DNA of 64,000 bases. Origin: Alphaproteobacteria bacterium. GTDB taxonomy: Bacteria > Pseudomonadota > Alphaproteobacteria > GCA-2746255. Shown here in pieces: positions 9,859-19,107 of this stretch (position 1 is the stretch's first letter; the number at the start of each line of letters is the position of its first letter). The stretch lies in the NCBI GenBank assembly GCA_965249135.1, contig OZ252220.1:672001-736000 (forward strand), read 5' to 3'. The position numbers and the translations under genes were made by a program. A model generated the notes under the pieces. It made no database searches and was not told the origin of the DNA. It saw nothing but the letters and a program-made list of their open reading frames with translations.

Positions 9859-11007
9859 ATGGTTGATTCAATTCCCTTTATCGATCTCATGGCGCAACGC
9901 GACCGGCTTAAAGATCGGATCGATCCCGCCATCGCACGGGTATTGAACCACGGAAAATTCATCCTCGGTCCGGAAGTGGACGAGCTTGAAACAAAACTAG
10001 CCGAATTCAGTGGCGCCAAGCATGCCGTTACGTGCGCAAACGGAACGGATGCCCTTTTGCTGGCCTTGATGACGCGTGGGATCGGACAGGGCGACGCCGT
10101 TTTCATGCCCACCTTCACCTTCGTGGCCACGGCGGAGGCGCCGGCGCTGGTGGGGGCGACGCCGGTTTTCGTCGATGTCGCGGAAGAAAGCCTCAACCTG
10201 GATCCGGCCGGCCTCGAGGCGGGCGCCGCGGCAGCCAAGAAGGCAGGGCTCAGGCCAGCCGCGATCCTCGCCGTCGACCTCTTCGGCCAGCCCGCGGATT
10301 ACGGAGCGATTTCAAAATTCGCCGACGCCTGCGGCTTGGCGTTGATCGCCGATGCCGCTCAATCCTTCGGCGCAAGCCTGAATGGCAAGCGCGTAGGCAC
10401 GCTCGCCGCCATCACGACGACGAGCTTTTTCCCTGCGAAGCCGTTGGGTTGCTATGGCGATGGCGGCGCGCTCTTCACGGATGACGAGGCGGTAGCTACC
10501 CACCTTCGTTCGATTCGCGTTCACGGACCCGGAGCGGCGAAGCACGAGAGCGCGCATATCGGCATGAACAGCCGTCTCGATACGCTTCAGGCGGCCGTGC
10601 TGCTTGAGAAGCTTAAGGTTTTTCCTGACGAAATCGAAGCACGCAACCGCATCGCCGCACGCTACGAAGAAGGGCTTTCCGAATGCGTCATCGTGCCGAA
10701 GATCCCGTCGGATCGAACCTCCGTCTGGGCCCAATATACGATCCGGCTCCCCAACCTCGACCGCGAAGCCATCGCGACACACTTGCAGACAAAAGGCATT
10801 CCGACGGCGATTTATTATCCGAAGCCGCTTCATCTTCAAACGCCCTATACGGCTTTCCCAAGAAGCGGCGCGCTTCCCATTTCCGAACGCCTCGCGGGCG
10901 AAGTATTGAGTCTTCCCATGCACGCCTATCTCGACGCCGAGACTCAAGACCGCATCCTCGCCTCGCTGAAAGAGGCGACCCGGACCCAGGTCAAGGCCGC
11001 CGGCTAA
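9859..11007 (+). CDS. DegT/DnrJ/EryC1/StrS sugar aminotransferase
   Basis: ANGTDAL, DAAQSFGA, SFFPAKPLGCYGDGGA (PLP lysine), NSRLDTLQAA. Confidence 0.95.
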   Translation: MVDSIPFIDLMAQRDRLKDRIDPAIARVLNHGKFILGPEVDELETKLAEFSGAKHAVTCANGTDALLLALMTRGIGQGDAVFMPTFTFVATAEAPALVGATPVFVDVAEESLNLDPAGLEAGAAAAKKAGLRPAAILAVDLFGQPADYGAISKFADACGLALIADAAQSFGASLNGKRVGTLAAITTTSFFPAKPLGCYGDGGALFTDDEAVATHLRSIRVHGPGAAKHESAHIGMNSRLDTLQAAVLLEKLKVFPDEIEARNRIAARYEEGLSECVIVPKIPSDRTSVWAQYTIRLPNLDREAIATHLQTKGIPTAIYYPKPLHLQTPYTAFPRSGALPISERLAGEVLSLPMHAYLDAETQDRILASLKEATRTQVKAAG

Positions 11008-11101
11008 GAGAAATCCATGGACATCCGAGGAGGAAAATTCGTCATCATCGCCAGTGGCATCGGTTGCAACGAATTTGTTTTTGAAAAGCGCGCTTAAGGG
11101 T

Positions 11102-11875
11102 ATGGCCAGCAACGTGCCCAAAGTAACCCAGAAAAGCCAGTGCATCGTCGAATTACAGGAACACATTCTTGCAGAGAATGGTTTTGCCCTCACCAAGGAG
11201 AGCACCATCCTTGATTTCGGGTGTGGTTCGGGTCGGCATGTCTACGAACGCCTCGATTGCGGCTACGAAAACGTCTTTGGTTACGATATTCGAAACTACG
11301 TCACATTAAGAAAGCCGGAGGATATTGAACGCTTCCGTTTCGACGAAGAAGACAGGATTACCCACATCCCTTTCCCGGACGATACCTTCGATTTCGTCTT
11401 TTCGACCTCTGTCTTTGAGCGCGTGCTCGAACCCGAAATCGCTTTACGAGAGATCTACCGCGTGCTGAAGCGGGGCGGCGTAAGCTTTCATAATTTCCCC
11501 GCAAAATGGCGTCTCATCGAGCCCCATATTTACGTCCCCCTTGGCGCCGCCTTCCAAAGCTATGGCTACTATCTCTTCTGGGCGTTGCTTGGGATCCGGA
11601 ACAAATACCAGAAGGGCAAATCGGCAAATGAAGTTGCCAAGCTCAATCGCAATTACGCGCAAGTAGGCCTTAACTACCCGAATGGCAAGACGATCGATCG
11701 CATGCTAGGTGAATATTTCGACGGGTTTTCCTATCAGGAACTCGTCTACACGAAACACGGGCCCGGCCGGTCCGCCGCCCTCTACCCACTGCTGAAAGGA
11801 TTCCCCTTCCTCGCCTCGCTTTTTCGCCTGCTCCACACGCGGGTCGTTCTATTGAAGAAGTTGCCGACGCCCTAG
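11102..11875 (+). CDS. Class I SAM-dependent methyltransferase
   Basis: ILDFGCGSG, PFPDDTFDFV, EIYRVLKRGG. Start uncertain (11054 or 11102). Confidence 0.85.
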   Translation: MASNVPKVTQKSQCIVELQEHILAENGFALTKESTILDFGCGSGRHVYERLDCGYENVFGYDIRNYVTLRKPEDIERFRFDEEDRITHIPFPDDTFDFVFSTSVFERVLEPEIALREIYRVLKRGGVSFHNFPAKWRLIEPHIYVPLGAAFQSYGYYLFWALLGIRNKYQKGKSANEVAKLNRNYAQVGLNYPNGKTIDRMLGEYFDGFSYQELVYTKHGPGRSAALYPLLKGFPFLASLFRLLHTRVVLLKKLPTP

Positions 11876-11892
11876 CCTACACCCACGACGCA

Positions 11893-11926
11893 CTTGCGCC
11901 TCCGACGTCAATGTCGGAGGCGCAAG
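11893..11926. terminator. Hairpin between convergent genes
   Basis: CTTGCGCCTCCGAC-N6-GTCGGAGGCGCAAG, perfect 14-bp stem. Confidence 0.7.
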
Positions 11927-11950
11927 GGTGTTCAGAATTTTGATAGAGAC

Positions 11951-12520
11951 TTAAGCGCTCGCGGCGATTTGGTGGACGCGCACGTGGTCGGCCTTATTCT
12001 TCGTCAGAATGTCGACCGCCTTCTGCCCATCCGCCGGCTCCCGCAGGTGGACCCAGAGTAAAATACCGCCACGCTCGAGCTGTTGCTCATAATGCTCGGC
12101 ATGTTCCGCGCCGATCTCGCCGGCCACGAGGCCCCCGAAGGTCCCGGCCAAGCCGCCGGCCGCCACGGCCGCACCGATCGCCGGCAGTAGCGCGCCACCC
12201 GTCGCGACGACGACGGCGCCGCCCGCGACAAGGGCCGCGATAAAGAGCGGGGCCCCGACCAGCGCCGCTTCCCCCACTTCGACCGAGTCACCCGAGATCC
12301 ACGCGATGCGGGGGGCCTCCGGATCGTCGGCGGCTTCCTCAGCCTTCTTATAGACATGGCCTAGTTTTCCCTTCACCGTCTTGTCGTGCGCCAGCAGGCT
12401 CAACTCCGACCGGTTGAACCCGGCGTCCTGCAGGTCGTCGATGGCCGATTCCAGGCATTCAACGGAATGAAAGGCGCCAACCGCTTCGTTTACGGTCTCG
12501 GTCGAACTCACCATGGACAT
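11951..12520 (-). CDS. General stress protein-like membrane protein (glycine zipper)
   Basis: AVGAF...AIDDLQDAGF, Gly/Ala-rich TM hairpin, YEQQLERGGILLWV. Confidence 0.7.
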   Translation of the reverse strand: MSMVSSTETVNEAVGAFHSVECLESAIDDLQDAGFNRSELSLLAHDKTVKGKLGHVYKKAEEAADDPEAPRIAWISGDSVEVGEAALVGAPLFIAALVAGGAVVVATGGALLPAIGAAVAAGGLAGTFGGLVAGEIGAEHAEHYEQQLERGGILLWVHLREPADGQKAVDILTKNKADHVRVHQIAASA

Positions 12521-12616
12521 TACCCCCGTTTGCTGCCAACCCTCTGGAAGCGTTAAGGCTGGCTCTTTTTATTTGGGCCATTATATCGCGTCTTCAAGGG
12601 GGCCGAAAGAAGCGAA

Positions 12617-13189
12617 ATGGAAGCGGGCAAGCGGGTCGAACAAGTCCTTGATTTCTGGTTCGCCGAGAAGGCCGCCGCCGGCCAGGCGGCGGCCTGGAAA
12701 TTGTGGTACCAAGCGGACCCCGGCTTCGATCGGGAAATCCGCGAACGTTTCCTTAACGATGTTGAACTGGCCGCCGCCGGCAAGCGTGACGGGTTCTCGC
12801 AAACGGCCCAGGGCGCGCTTGCCCTCATCCTCCTCCTCGACCAATTTCCCCGCAACCTCTTCCGTAACACGGCCCGCGCCTTCACCACGGATGGGAAGGC
12901 GCGAGCAACGGCCGAGCAGGCCCTTGCAAAAGGCTTCGATCGAGCGCTGCCCCTCGTCGAACACAGCTTCTTCTACCTTCCTTACATGCATAGCGAAAGC
13001 CGGGCGGACCAGCAGAAATGCATCGCCCTTTTCGAGGCACACGGGAACGCCAAATCGCTGGACTATGCAAGAAGGCATGCCGAAATCATTGAGCGTTTCG
13101 GTCGCTTTCCCCACCGCAATGCAATCCTGAGACGGGAAAGCACGAAGGAAGAATTGGAGTTCCTGAACAGGCCAAATTCCGGCTTTTGA
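12617..13189 (+). CDS. DUF924 family protein
   Basis: VLDFWF, LLDQFPRNLFR, FFYLPYMHSE, RFGRFPHRNAIL. Confidence 0.93.
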   Translation: MEAGKRVEQVLDFWFAEKAAAGQAAAWKLWYQADPGFDREIRERFLNDVELAAAGKRDGFSQTAQGALALILLLDQFPRNLFRNTARAFTTDGKARATAEQALAKGFDRALPLVEHSFFYLPYMHSESRADQQKCIALFEAHGNAKSLDYARRHAEIIERFGRFPHRNAILRRESTKEELEFLNRPNSGF

Positions 13190-13208
13190 CGGAAGTGCTA
13201 GGAGGAAT

Positions 13209-13241
13209 AAAAAAGGGCGCCGAATGTTTCGGCGCCCTTTT
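13209..13241. terminator. Bidirectional intrinsic terminator
   Basis: AAAAAAGGGCGCCGAA-TGT-TTCGGCGCCCTTTT between convergent genes. Confidence 0.88.
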
Positions 13242-13271
13242 CATTCATACAGATGGCAAACACTTCGGCGC

Positions 13272-13550
13272 TTACTTTGCCCCGCAAGGGTTGCAGCCTT
13301 TCGCCGCGCAGGGGTTTTTCGCCGCGCACGGATTCTTCGCCGCACATGGGTTCTTGCCTGCGCAAGGGCTACAGCCCTTCGCCGCACATGGGTTCTTGCC
13401 TGCGCAAGGGCTACAGCCCTTCGCCGCACATGGATTGCACGGGTTGCAGCCCGCGGCGGCGGGATTCGCCGTTGCCACGGCACCCGCCAAAAGGACTGCC
13501 GCGCCTAAGGCAACGGCGCCCTTCAAGGGAATTCGCTTTTTCAAAGACAT
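13272..13550 (-). CDS. Secreted Cys-rich low-complexity peptide with NPCAAK repeats
   Basis: RBS GGGAGAGG, Sec-type signal ending ANPAAA, ~59-aa mature part with 13 Cys, synonymous variation between repeats, followed by a terminator. Confidence 0.85.
   Translation of the reverse strand: MSLKKRIPLKGAVALGAAVLLAGAVATANPAAAGCNPCNPCAAKGCSPCAGKNPCAAKGCSPCAGKNPCAAKNPCAAKNPCAAKGCNPCGAK
13335..13433. repeat. Perfect 42-bp tandem repeat (~2.4 copies) inside the Cys-rich gene
   Basis: CTTCGCCGCACATGGGTTCTTGCCTGCGCAAGGGCTACAGCC at 13335 and 13377, partial copy at 13419. Confidence 0.95.
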
Positions 13551-13805
13551 CGGCTTCCTCTCCCGATAGTTGGTGCTCCGATCTAGGAGCGATACGCGCG
13601 TTCTTGGTTGGAGTGACGCGCCTTTAAGATGCTCCTGACGAGGCTTGGGTTACAAGATACAAAAATGACGGCCACTTCGGTAGCGTGAAATCCTACCTTC
13701 GGAAAACATGGTTACTACTGAAATCCCGGTATCCCGCCCTTTTCCCAGATTTGGGGCGCCGATCACGGACTTGTCATCTCGAACCCGCCCCGGCATAAGG
13801 ACTGC

Positions 13806-14810
13806 ATGAAGAGGGGAATGATCGTTGCGGCGCTGGCCGGCTTGGTGGCGATAATTCTTCTTGTCGTCTATCGCGGTGTCGCGGAAGTCCTCGGCCCCCT
13901 TGTCGATGCCGGTTGGGGGCTCCTTTTAATCACCCTCTTCCATGCCATCCCCCTAACCCTCTCGGCAAAGGGCCTGCAGGTCTTGATCATCGGCCATCGA
14001 GCCGGGCTTCTGACCATTACGAACATTCGCTGGATACGCGAGGGGATCAGCAACCTGCTGCCGGTCGCCCAGGTGGGCGGCGATTTTGTTGGCGCCAGGC
14101 TTCTTACCTTTCATGGCATCCCAGGCGGCATGGCGGGTGGAAGCGCCGTCGTCAGCCTGACGATGGAAGTCCTGACCCAGTTCCTGTTCACGGTCTTAGG
14201 CTTCGGACTTCTTTTCCTCGTTCTGGGGGGGCGTGAATCGGAGGGGCTTTACTGGATTCTGCTTGGGCTTTTGACGGCCTTGCCGGTGCTCTTAGGGTTC
14301 GTCATCGCGCAACGGAGCGGCTTTTTCCGGCTGATCGAGCGGCTCTTCAACCGGATGACGAAAGACCTCGAGCTCGGATGGCTTGGAATCGGCGAGCTTC
14401 GCGGGCTGCACGAGGCGATTCAGACGATCTACCGCTCGCCGCGTGCCCTTGCCGGTAGTGCCCTCTATCACTTTTTTTCCTGGGTGATCGGCGCCGGCGA
14501 GGTCTGGATCGCCCTTTATTTCATGGGCTACCCGGTCAGCATCTGGGACGCGCTGATCCTTGAAAGCTTGAGCAAGGCCGTACGCAGCGCCGCCTTCATC
14601 GTGCCGGGTGGGCTCGGCGTGCAGGAGGGCGGCTTCATGCTGCTTGCCCCGTTGCTTGGGCTCACGCCCGAGGTGGGGCTTGCCCTTTCCCTTGCCAAGC
14701 GCGTGCGCGAGGTGGGGTTGGGGGTCCCCTCCCTCTTCGCTTGGCACGCCGTCGAAGGAAGGCGCCTTTGGCAGCGCCGCAATCCATCGGAAAAAACGGG
14801 CGGCGAGTAA
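13806..14810 (+). CDS. Lysylphosphatidylglycerol synthase TM-domain/flippase-like protein (HpnL-like)
   Basis: RWIREGISNLLPVAQVGG, AAFIVPGGLGVQEGG, LSLAKRVRE; multi-pass membrane protein. Confidence 0.85.
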   Translation: MKRGMIVAALAGLVAIILLVVYRGVAEVLGPLVDAGWGLLLITLFHAIPLTLSAKGLQVLIIGHRAGLLTITNIRWIREGISNLLPVAQVGGDFVGARLLTFHGIPGGMAGGSAVVSLTMEVLTQFLFTVLGFGLLFLVLGGRESEGLYWILLGLLTALPVLLGFVIAQRSGFFRLIERLFNRMTKDLELGWLGIGELRGLHEAIQTIYRSPRALAGSALYHFFSWVIGAGEVWIALYFMGYPVSIWDALILESLSKAVRSAAFIVPGGLGVQEGGFMLLAPLLGLTPEVGLALSLAKRVREVGLGVPSLFAWHAVEGRRLWQRRNPSEKTGGE

Positions 14811-14814
14811 CCGC

Positions 14815-15300
14815 TTATCGGCGATAGGCCGACACCGGCCGCCGGCCATCCGCCGTCGGCTGGTAGACGACACTGATCTCCTCGAAGGCCTCCAGCCATG
14901 CATCGGGCGACGCATGATCCGGCAGCTCGAAGGCGTCGAAGCCGCAGCGGAGCATGAAGAAGAGCTGGTCCCGAAGGACGTTGCCGACGGCGCGCAATTC
15001 GCCCGTAAAGCCGTGGCGTTCGCGCAAAATCCGGGCGGTGGAATAGGCCCGTCCATCCTTGAACAATGGGAACTCGAGCGCCACGAGATCGAAATGGGAA
15101 AGCGCATCGGCAATCGTTTCCGCCGCCTGATCGCTCCTAAGGCGAATGCCGAGCCGGCCGTCATGGGCAAGCAGTAAATCGCGATCCGCCTGCCAGCGTT
15201 CCAGCGTGACGATGACCGGGACTCCCTTCGGAAGCGGTGCGTCCTCGGCAACGAACGCCCAGGGATCCGCCTGCACGCCCTCGCGCCTAATGAGCGTCAT
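14815..15300 (-). CDS. DUF934 family protein
   Basis: LEFPLFKDGRAYSTAR, GELRAVGNVLRDQ, RCGFD; coupled to cysI. Confidence 0.92.
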   Translation of the reverse strand: MTLIRREGVQADPWAFVAEDAPLPKGVPVIVTLERWQADRDLLLAHDGRLGIRLRSDQAAETIADALSHFDLVALEFPLFKDGRAYSTARILRERHGFTGELRAVGNVLRDQLFFMLRCGFDAFELPDHASPDAWLEAFEEISVVYQPTADGRRPVSAYRR

Positions 15301-16942
15301 AGAGCCTCTCCTTGAACGGCTCGAGACCGACCCGGCGGTAGGTGTCGAGGAAACGCTCCCCGTTCTGCCGCTCGGTCAGATAGGTCTCAATCAGCGTCTC
15401 CACCGCATCGGGCACCGCATCGTAAGGAACGGCTGGCCCAACGATCGCGCCCAGCGAGGCGTCCTCCTCCGCATTGCCCCCTAAGGTGATCTGGTAGAAC
15501 TCCGCCCCCTTCTTGTCGACGCCAAGGATGCCGATATGGCCGACATGGTGATGACCGCAGGCGTTGATGCAGCCGGAGATCTTGATCTTCAGCTCGCCGA
15601 TGTCGTGCTGGCGATCGATATCCCGGAAGCGTTCGGTCAGGGCTTGAGCGATGGGGATGGAGCGCGCATTCGCCAGGTTGCAGAAATCGAGGCCCGGGCA
15701 GGTGATCGTGTCCGTAATGAGGCCGACGTTCGGTGTGGCAAGGGCCGCAGCCTTCAGAGTCTGCCAGATTTCATAGACGTCGTTAAGCCGGACGTGGGGC
15801 ACTACGAGGTTCTGTTCGTGAGTGACGCGCGTTTCGTCGAAGCTATGGCGCTCGGCCAAATCCGCGACCAGATCCATCTGCTCGGCGCTCGCATCCCCTG
15901 GCGCCTCGCCGATCCCCTTCAAGGAGATGTTGACGATGCCATAGCCCGGCACCTTATGGGGCGCCAGGTTCGTGCGGCACCACTCGGCAAACGCGCGGTC
16001 CTCGAACCGCATCGCCTCGAAGGCGGTCTGGGTCGCCTCCAGGGTTTCGTAAGGCGGCGGCGCGAAGAAGGTACGGATGTGTTCCACCTCTTCCGCCGGC
16101 AACACGAGCGCGCCGTCGCGGATGTGTTCCCATTCCGCCTCGACCATCTCGGCGAAGCGCTCAACGCCTACGCTCTGCACGAGGATCTTGATGCGCGCCT
16201 TGAACAAATTGTCCCGTCGGCCAAGCTGGTTATAGACGCGCAGGATCGCCTCCAGATAGGAAAGCAGGTCGCGTTTCGGGAGGAACTTGCGGATCGTCTC
16301 GCCGATGACCGGCGTGCGGCCCTGGCCGCCCCCCACCAGGACTTCGAACCCCGCCTCGCCCTTTGCATTCTGCCGCATGTGCAGGCCGATGTCGTGGACG
16401 CGCACGGCGGCACGGTCATGGGCGGCACCCGTCACCGCGATCTTGAACTTGCGGGGCAGGAAGGAAAATTCCGGGTGCAGTGTCGACCATTGGCGGATGA
16501 TCTCCGCATAGATCCGGGGGTCTTCGATCTCGTCCGCCGCCACCCCTGCGTACTGGTCCGCTGTCACGTTACGGATGCAGTTGCCGCTCGTCTGGATGGC
16601 GTGCATTTCGACGGAGGCAAGGTCCGCCAGGATGTCGGGCACGTCCTCAAGCTTCAGCCAGTTGAACTGGATGTTCTGCCGGGTCGTGAAATGGCCATAG
16701 CCTTTGTCGTATTCCCGCGCGATGTGGGCGAGTATACGCACCTGCTTCGACGAAAGCGTGCCGTAAGGAATCGCGATCCTGAGCATGTAGGCATGGAGCT
16801 GCAGATAAAGGCCGTTCATCAGCCGGACCGGACGGAACTCGTCTTCCGTGAGCTCGCCCTTCAGCCGGCGGACGACCTGCCCGCGAAACTGTTCGACGCG
16901 TTCCTGAACCAGCGTATGGTCGTATTCGTCGTACTGGTACAT
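15287..16942 (-). CDS. cysI: Sulfite reductase hemoprotein (nitrite/sulfite reductase family)
   Basis: MYQYDEYD start, HFTTRQNIQ, TSGNCIRN, LPRKFK, siroheme/Fe-S ligands CPGLDFC and SGCINACG. Confidence 0.93.
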   Translation of the reverse strand: MYQYDEYDHTLVQERVEQFRGQVVRRLKGELTEDEFRPVRLMNGLYLQLHAYMLRIAIPYGTLSSKQVRILAHIAREYDKGYGHFTTRQNIQFNWLKLEDVPDILADLASVEMHAIQTSGNCIRNVTADQYAGVAADEIEDPRIYAEIIRQWSTLHPEFSFLPRKFKIAVTGAAHDRAAVRVHDIGLHMRQNAKGEAGFEVLVGGGQGRTPVIGETIRKFLPKRDLLSYLEAILRVYNQLGRRDNLFKARIKILVQSVGVERFAEMVEAEWEHIRDGALVLPAEEVEHIRTFFAPPPYETLEATQTAFEAMRFEDRAFAEWCRTNLAPHKVPGYGIVNISLKGIGEAPGDASAEQMDLVADLAERHSFDETRVTHEQNLVVPHVRLNDVYEIWQTLKAAALATPNVGLITDTITCPGLDFCNLANARSIPIAQALTERFRDIDRQHDIGELKIKISGCINACGHHHVGHIGILGVDKKGAEFYQITLGGNAEEDASLGAIVGPAVPYDAVPDAVETLIETYLTERQNGERFLDTYRRVGLEPFKERLYDAH

Positions 16943-16960
16943 TCGCTTAACGATGCTCCT

Positions 16961-17263
16961 TTAAGAATCGCGATCGGCCTGTTTGCCGAGATCGCGTCGT
17001 GTGGTCGGCCCTTTTGCGCGAATGCGCTCGCGCGCGCTTAAGGGTTTAAGTTTTCCTTCCACCTGCTCCACCTTCATCAAATAAATGCTCACCACCTCGC
17101 GCGCCTTCTCCGCCGCTTCGGCAACCTTCAGGAGCTCTTCCGCTTCTCCTTCCGTCTTTACGGCACAAGCCTCGTCGAGCCACAACGTCCACCGGCGCTC
17201 CACCGCCAGATAGACGACGTCTCCGTCGCGTAAGCGATTCGCCGTGACGACCTGAAGCGTCAT
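16961..17263 (-). CDS. DUF2849 family protein
   Basis: VVTANRLRDGDVVYL...RERIRAKGPT, upstream of cysI. Confidence 0.9.
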   Translation of the reverse strand: MTLQVVTANRLRDGDVVYLAVERRWTLWLDEACAVKTEGEAEELLKVAEAAEKAREVVSIYLMKVEQVEGKLKPLSARERIRAKGPTTRRDLGKQADRDS

Positions 17264-17374
17264 CCGCGCCTTGCTGCCTCGAATGGGTTGCCCGCGAGGC
17301 GTAAGGATGACTCCCGTTGCCGCCTCGCCTTCGATTTAGCGAATCTGGGCCTCCCATTCAAGCGGGCAACACCA

Positions 17375-17490
17375 GTATATTAGAAAACTTTTTCGTGATA
17401 TGGTTTTTTATGCTAAAAAATTAGTATATATTACTACTATTATTTTTATTTATAGAAATATTTCCTATTTCAGCAAATAGGACTTTTTTG
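17375..17490. promoter_or_regulatory. AT-rich divergent control region with Lrp-type boxes
   Basis: Very AT-rich tract; TAGAAAACTTTTTC (17381) and near-palindrome ATAGAAATATTTCCTAT (17452-17468). Confidence 0.55.
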
Positions 17491-17504
17491 AAACGGGGCC
17501 CGTC

Positions 17505-18002
17505 ATGGACGCGATTGACCGCAAGTTGCTCGACTGCCTGCAGGCGGACGCGACGATGCCGCTCGCCGAAATCGCCGAGCACGTCGGCCTGTCCGCCACC
17601 CCTTGTTGGCGGCGAATCCAGAAGATGGAGGAAAACGGCATCATCTTAGGCCGCGTAGCACTCCTGGATGCGACGAAACTGAACGTCGGCGTCACCGTCT
17701 TCTTATCCATCAAGACCAGCCAGCATAACCGCGAATGGCTCGAAGAATTCGCCAACGCCGTCGTCGAAATGCCGGAGGTCGCCGAGTTCTACCGCATGAG
17801 CGGCGAGGTCGACTACCAGCTCCGCGTCGTCGTGCCCGACATCGCGGCTTACGACGCCTTTTACAAGCGGCTCATCGAAAAAGTGCCGTTGTCGGAAGTA
17901 AGTTCGAGCTTCGCGATGGAGCAGATCAAATACACGACGGCTCTGCCTCTAAGCTATGCGCGTATTTCGGACGCGTCCACCCGGGAAGCAGGCGGCAAGT
18001 GA
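17505..18002 (+). CDS. Lrp/AsnC family regulator (DecR-like)
   Basis: MDAIDRKLL, VGLSATPCWRRI, EFYRMSGEVDY, SSFAMEQIKYTTALP. Confidence 0.93.
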   Translation: MDAIDRKLLDCLQADATMPLAEIAEHVGLSATPCWRRIQKMEENGIILGRVALLDATKLNVGVTVFLSIKTSQHNREWLEEFANAVVEMPEVAEFYRMSGEVDYQLRVVVPDIAAYDAFYKRLIEKVPLSEVSSSFAMEQIKYTTALPLSYARISDASTREAGGK

Positions 18003-18008
18003 TCCGCA

Positions 18009-18332
18009 TCATTTTTCGTGTCTCGGGCCGATCTGCGAGAACACCCAGATGGCCGCCGTCTCCTTGTTGAAGGCGGTGCTCTGCTGGCGCTTCGATCGGG
18101 TTTCGTTCAGCTTGCCAAGGATGTCATCCGGATCGTCCGCCTCGACCTCATACAAGGCGAGATAGTTGTGGGCGCTTTTCGCCCATTGCTCATCCGTGAG
18201 CTTGAAGCGTTGGGCGCCTTCCCAATCCGTCGTGGCGAGGATCTCATCCAGGTGAAGGTCCTCGTACCAGCGGTTGAATTCCGCTTCCTCTCCTTTGGTC
18301 GGGTTGCTGAAGATGAGCACCAGATGTTTCAT
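18009..18332 (-). CDS. Dimeric alpha/beta-barrel protein (EthD/DUF4286-like)
   Basis: EEAEFNRWYEDLHL...AQRF...YLALYE. Confidence 0.7.
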   Translation of the reverse strand: MKHLVLIFSNPTKGEEAEFNRWYEDLHLDEILATTDWEGAQRFKLTDEQWAKSAHNYLALYEVEADDPDDILGKLNETRSKRQQSTAFNKETAAIWVFSQIGPRHEK

Positions 18333-18458
18333 CGGGGGTTCCTTCCTATGCCAATCGTTTCCGCGATGGATGGTTCAACACTTGTAGCGGGCCGATTCAG
18401 GCTACATTATTACGTCCAGTGAGACTATCCGAAGGACTGAAAAAAGGGGAAGCGGAAG

Positions 18459-19093
18459 ATGACACCCTGGGAAATCAAAGCGCGCGAATTCAGCAACTGC
18501 AACTGTGCCTATGGCTGCCCCTGCCAATTCAACGCACTGCCGACCTACGGCGATTGCCAGGCGGTGGCCGGAATGGAAATCGACGAAGGGCATTACGGCG
18601 ACGTCCGTCTCGACGGATTGCTATTCGCGGCCATTTTTTTCTGGCCGAAGGCGATTCACGAAGGAAAGGGCAAATGTCAGCCGATCGTGGACGTGCGCGC
18701 CGACGCGCAGCAACGCGAAGCCCTGCTTAAGATCGTATCGGGCGAAGACACGGACCCCTTCGCCACGGTGTTCGCGGTTTTTGCCTCCACGATGGAGATC
18801 GTTTACCCCCCCCCTTGTTTAAGCCGATCGACTTCGAAGTCGATATCGCAGTGCGAACAGGCAAGCTTTTTATCGATGGCCTGATCGATTCCCGCGGCGA
18901 GCCTATCCGCGACCAGAGCACCGGCAAAGAATTGCGTGCCCGCATCGAACTTCCGGATGGATTCGAATACACGATCGCCGAAATGGGCAGCGCCTCCAGC
19001 ACGACCCAGGGCGAAATCGCGCTCAATTTGAAGGACAGCTACGGCCAGTTCGCCCATCTGCATCTCAACAACCATGGCGTGATTCGGGCTTAA
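18459..19093 (+). pseudogene. DUF1326 family protein, frameshifted at a C9 run
   Basis: NCNCAYGCPC motif; the ORF splits at the C9 tract 18806-18814 and continues as LFKPIDFEVD...GFEY in another frame. Confidence 0.85.
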
Positions 19094-19107
19094 AGCCGGG
19101 TAATCCC

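Noticed and set aside
13335-13433. Repeats as a CRISPR array
   Set aside because: Tandem coding repeats with no unique spacers and no cas genes.
13186-13627. Plus-strand repeat ORFs (FAAHGF..., 127 and 124 aa)
   Set aside because: Antisense shadows of the Cys-rich gene; they run through a terminator, whereas the minus-strand ORF has the RBS and signal peptide.
15536-17041. Long antisense ORFs (also 3488-4741, 7067-8239, 40360-41826, 48505-49974, 58666-59604)
   Set aside because: High-GC shadow frames opposite well-supported genes, with no recognisable motifs.
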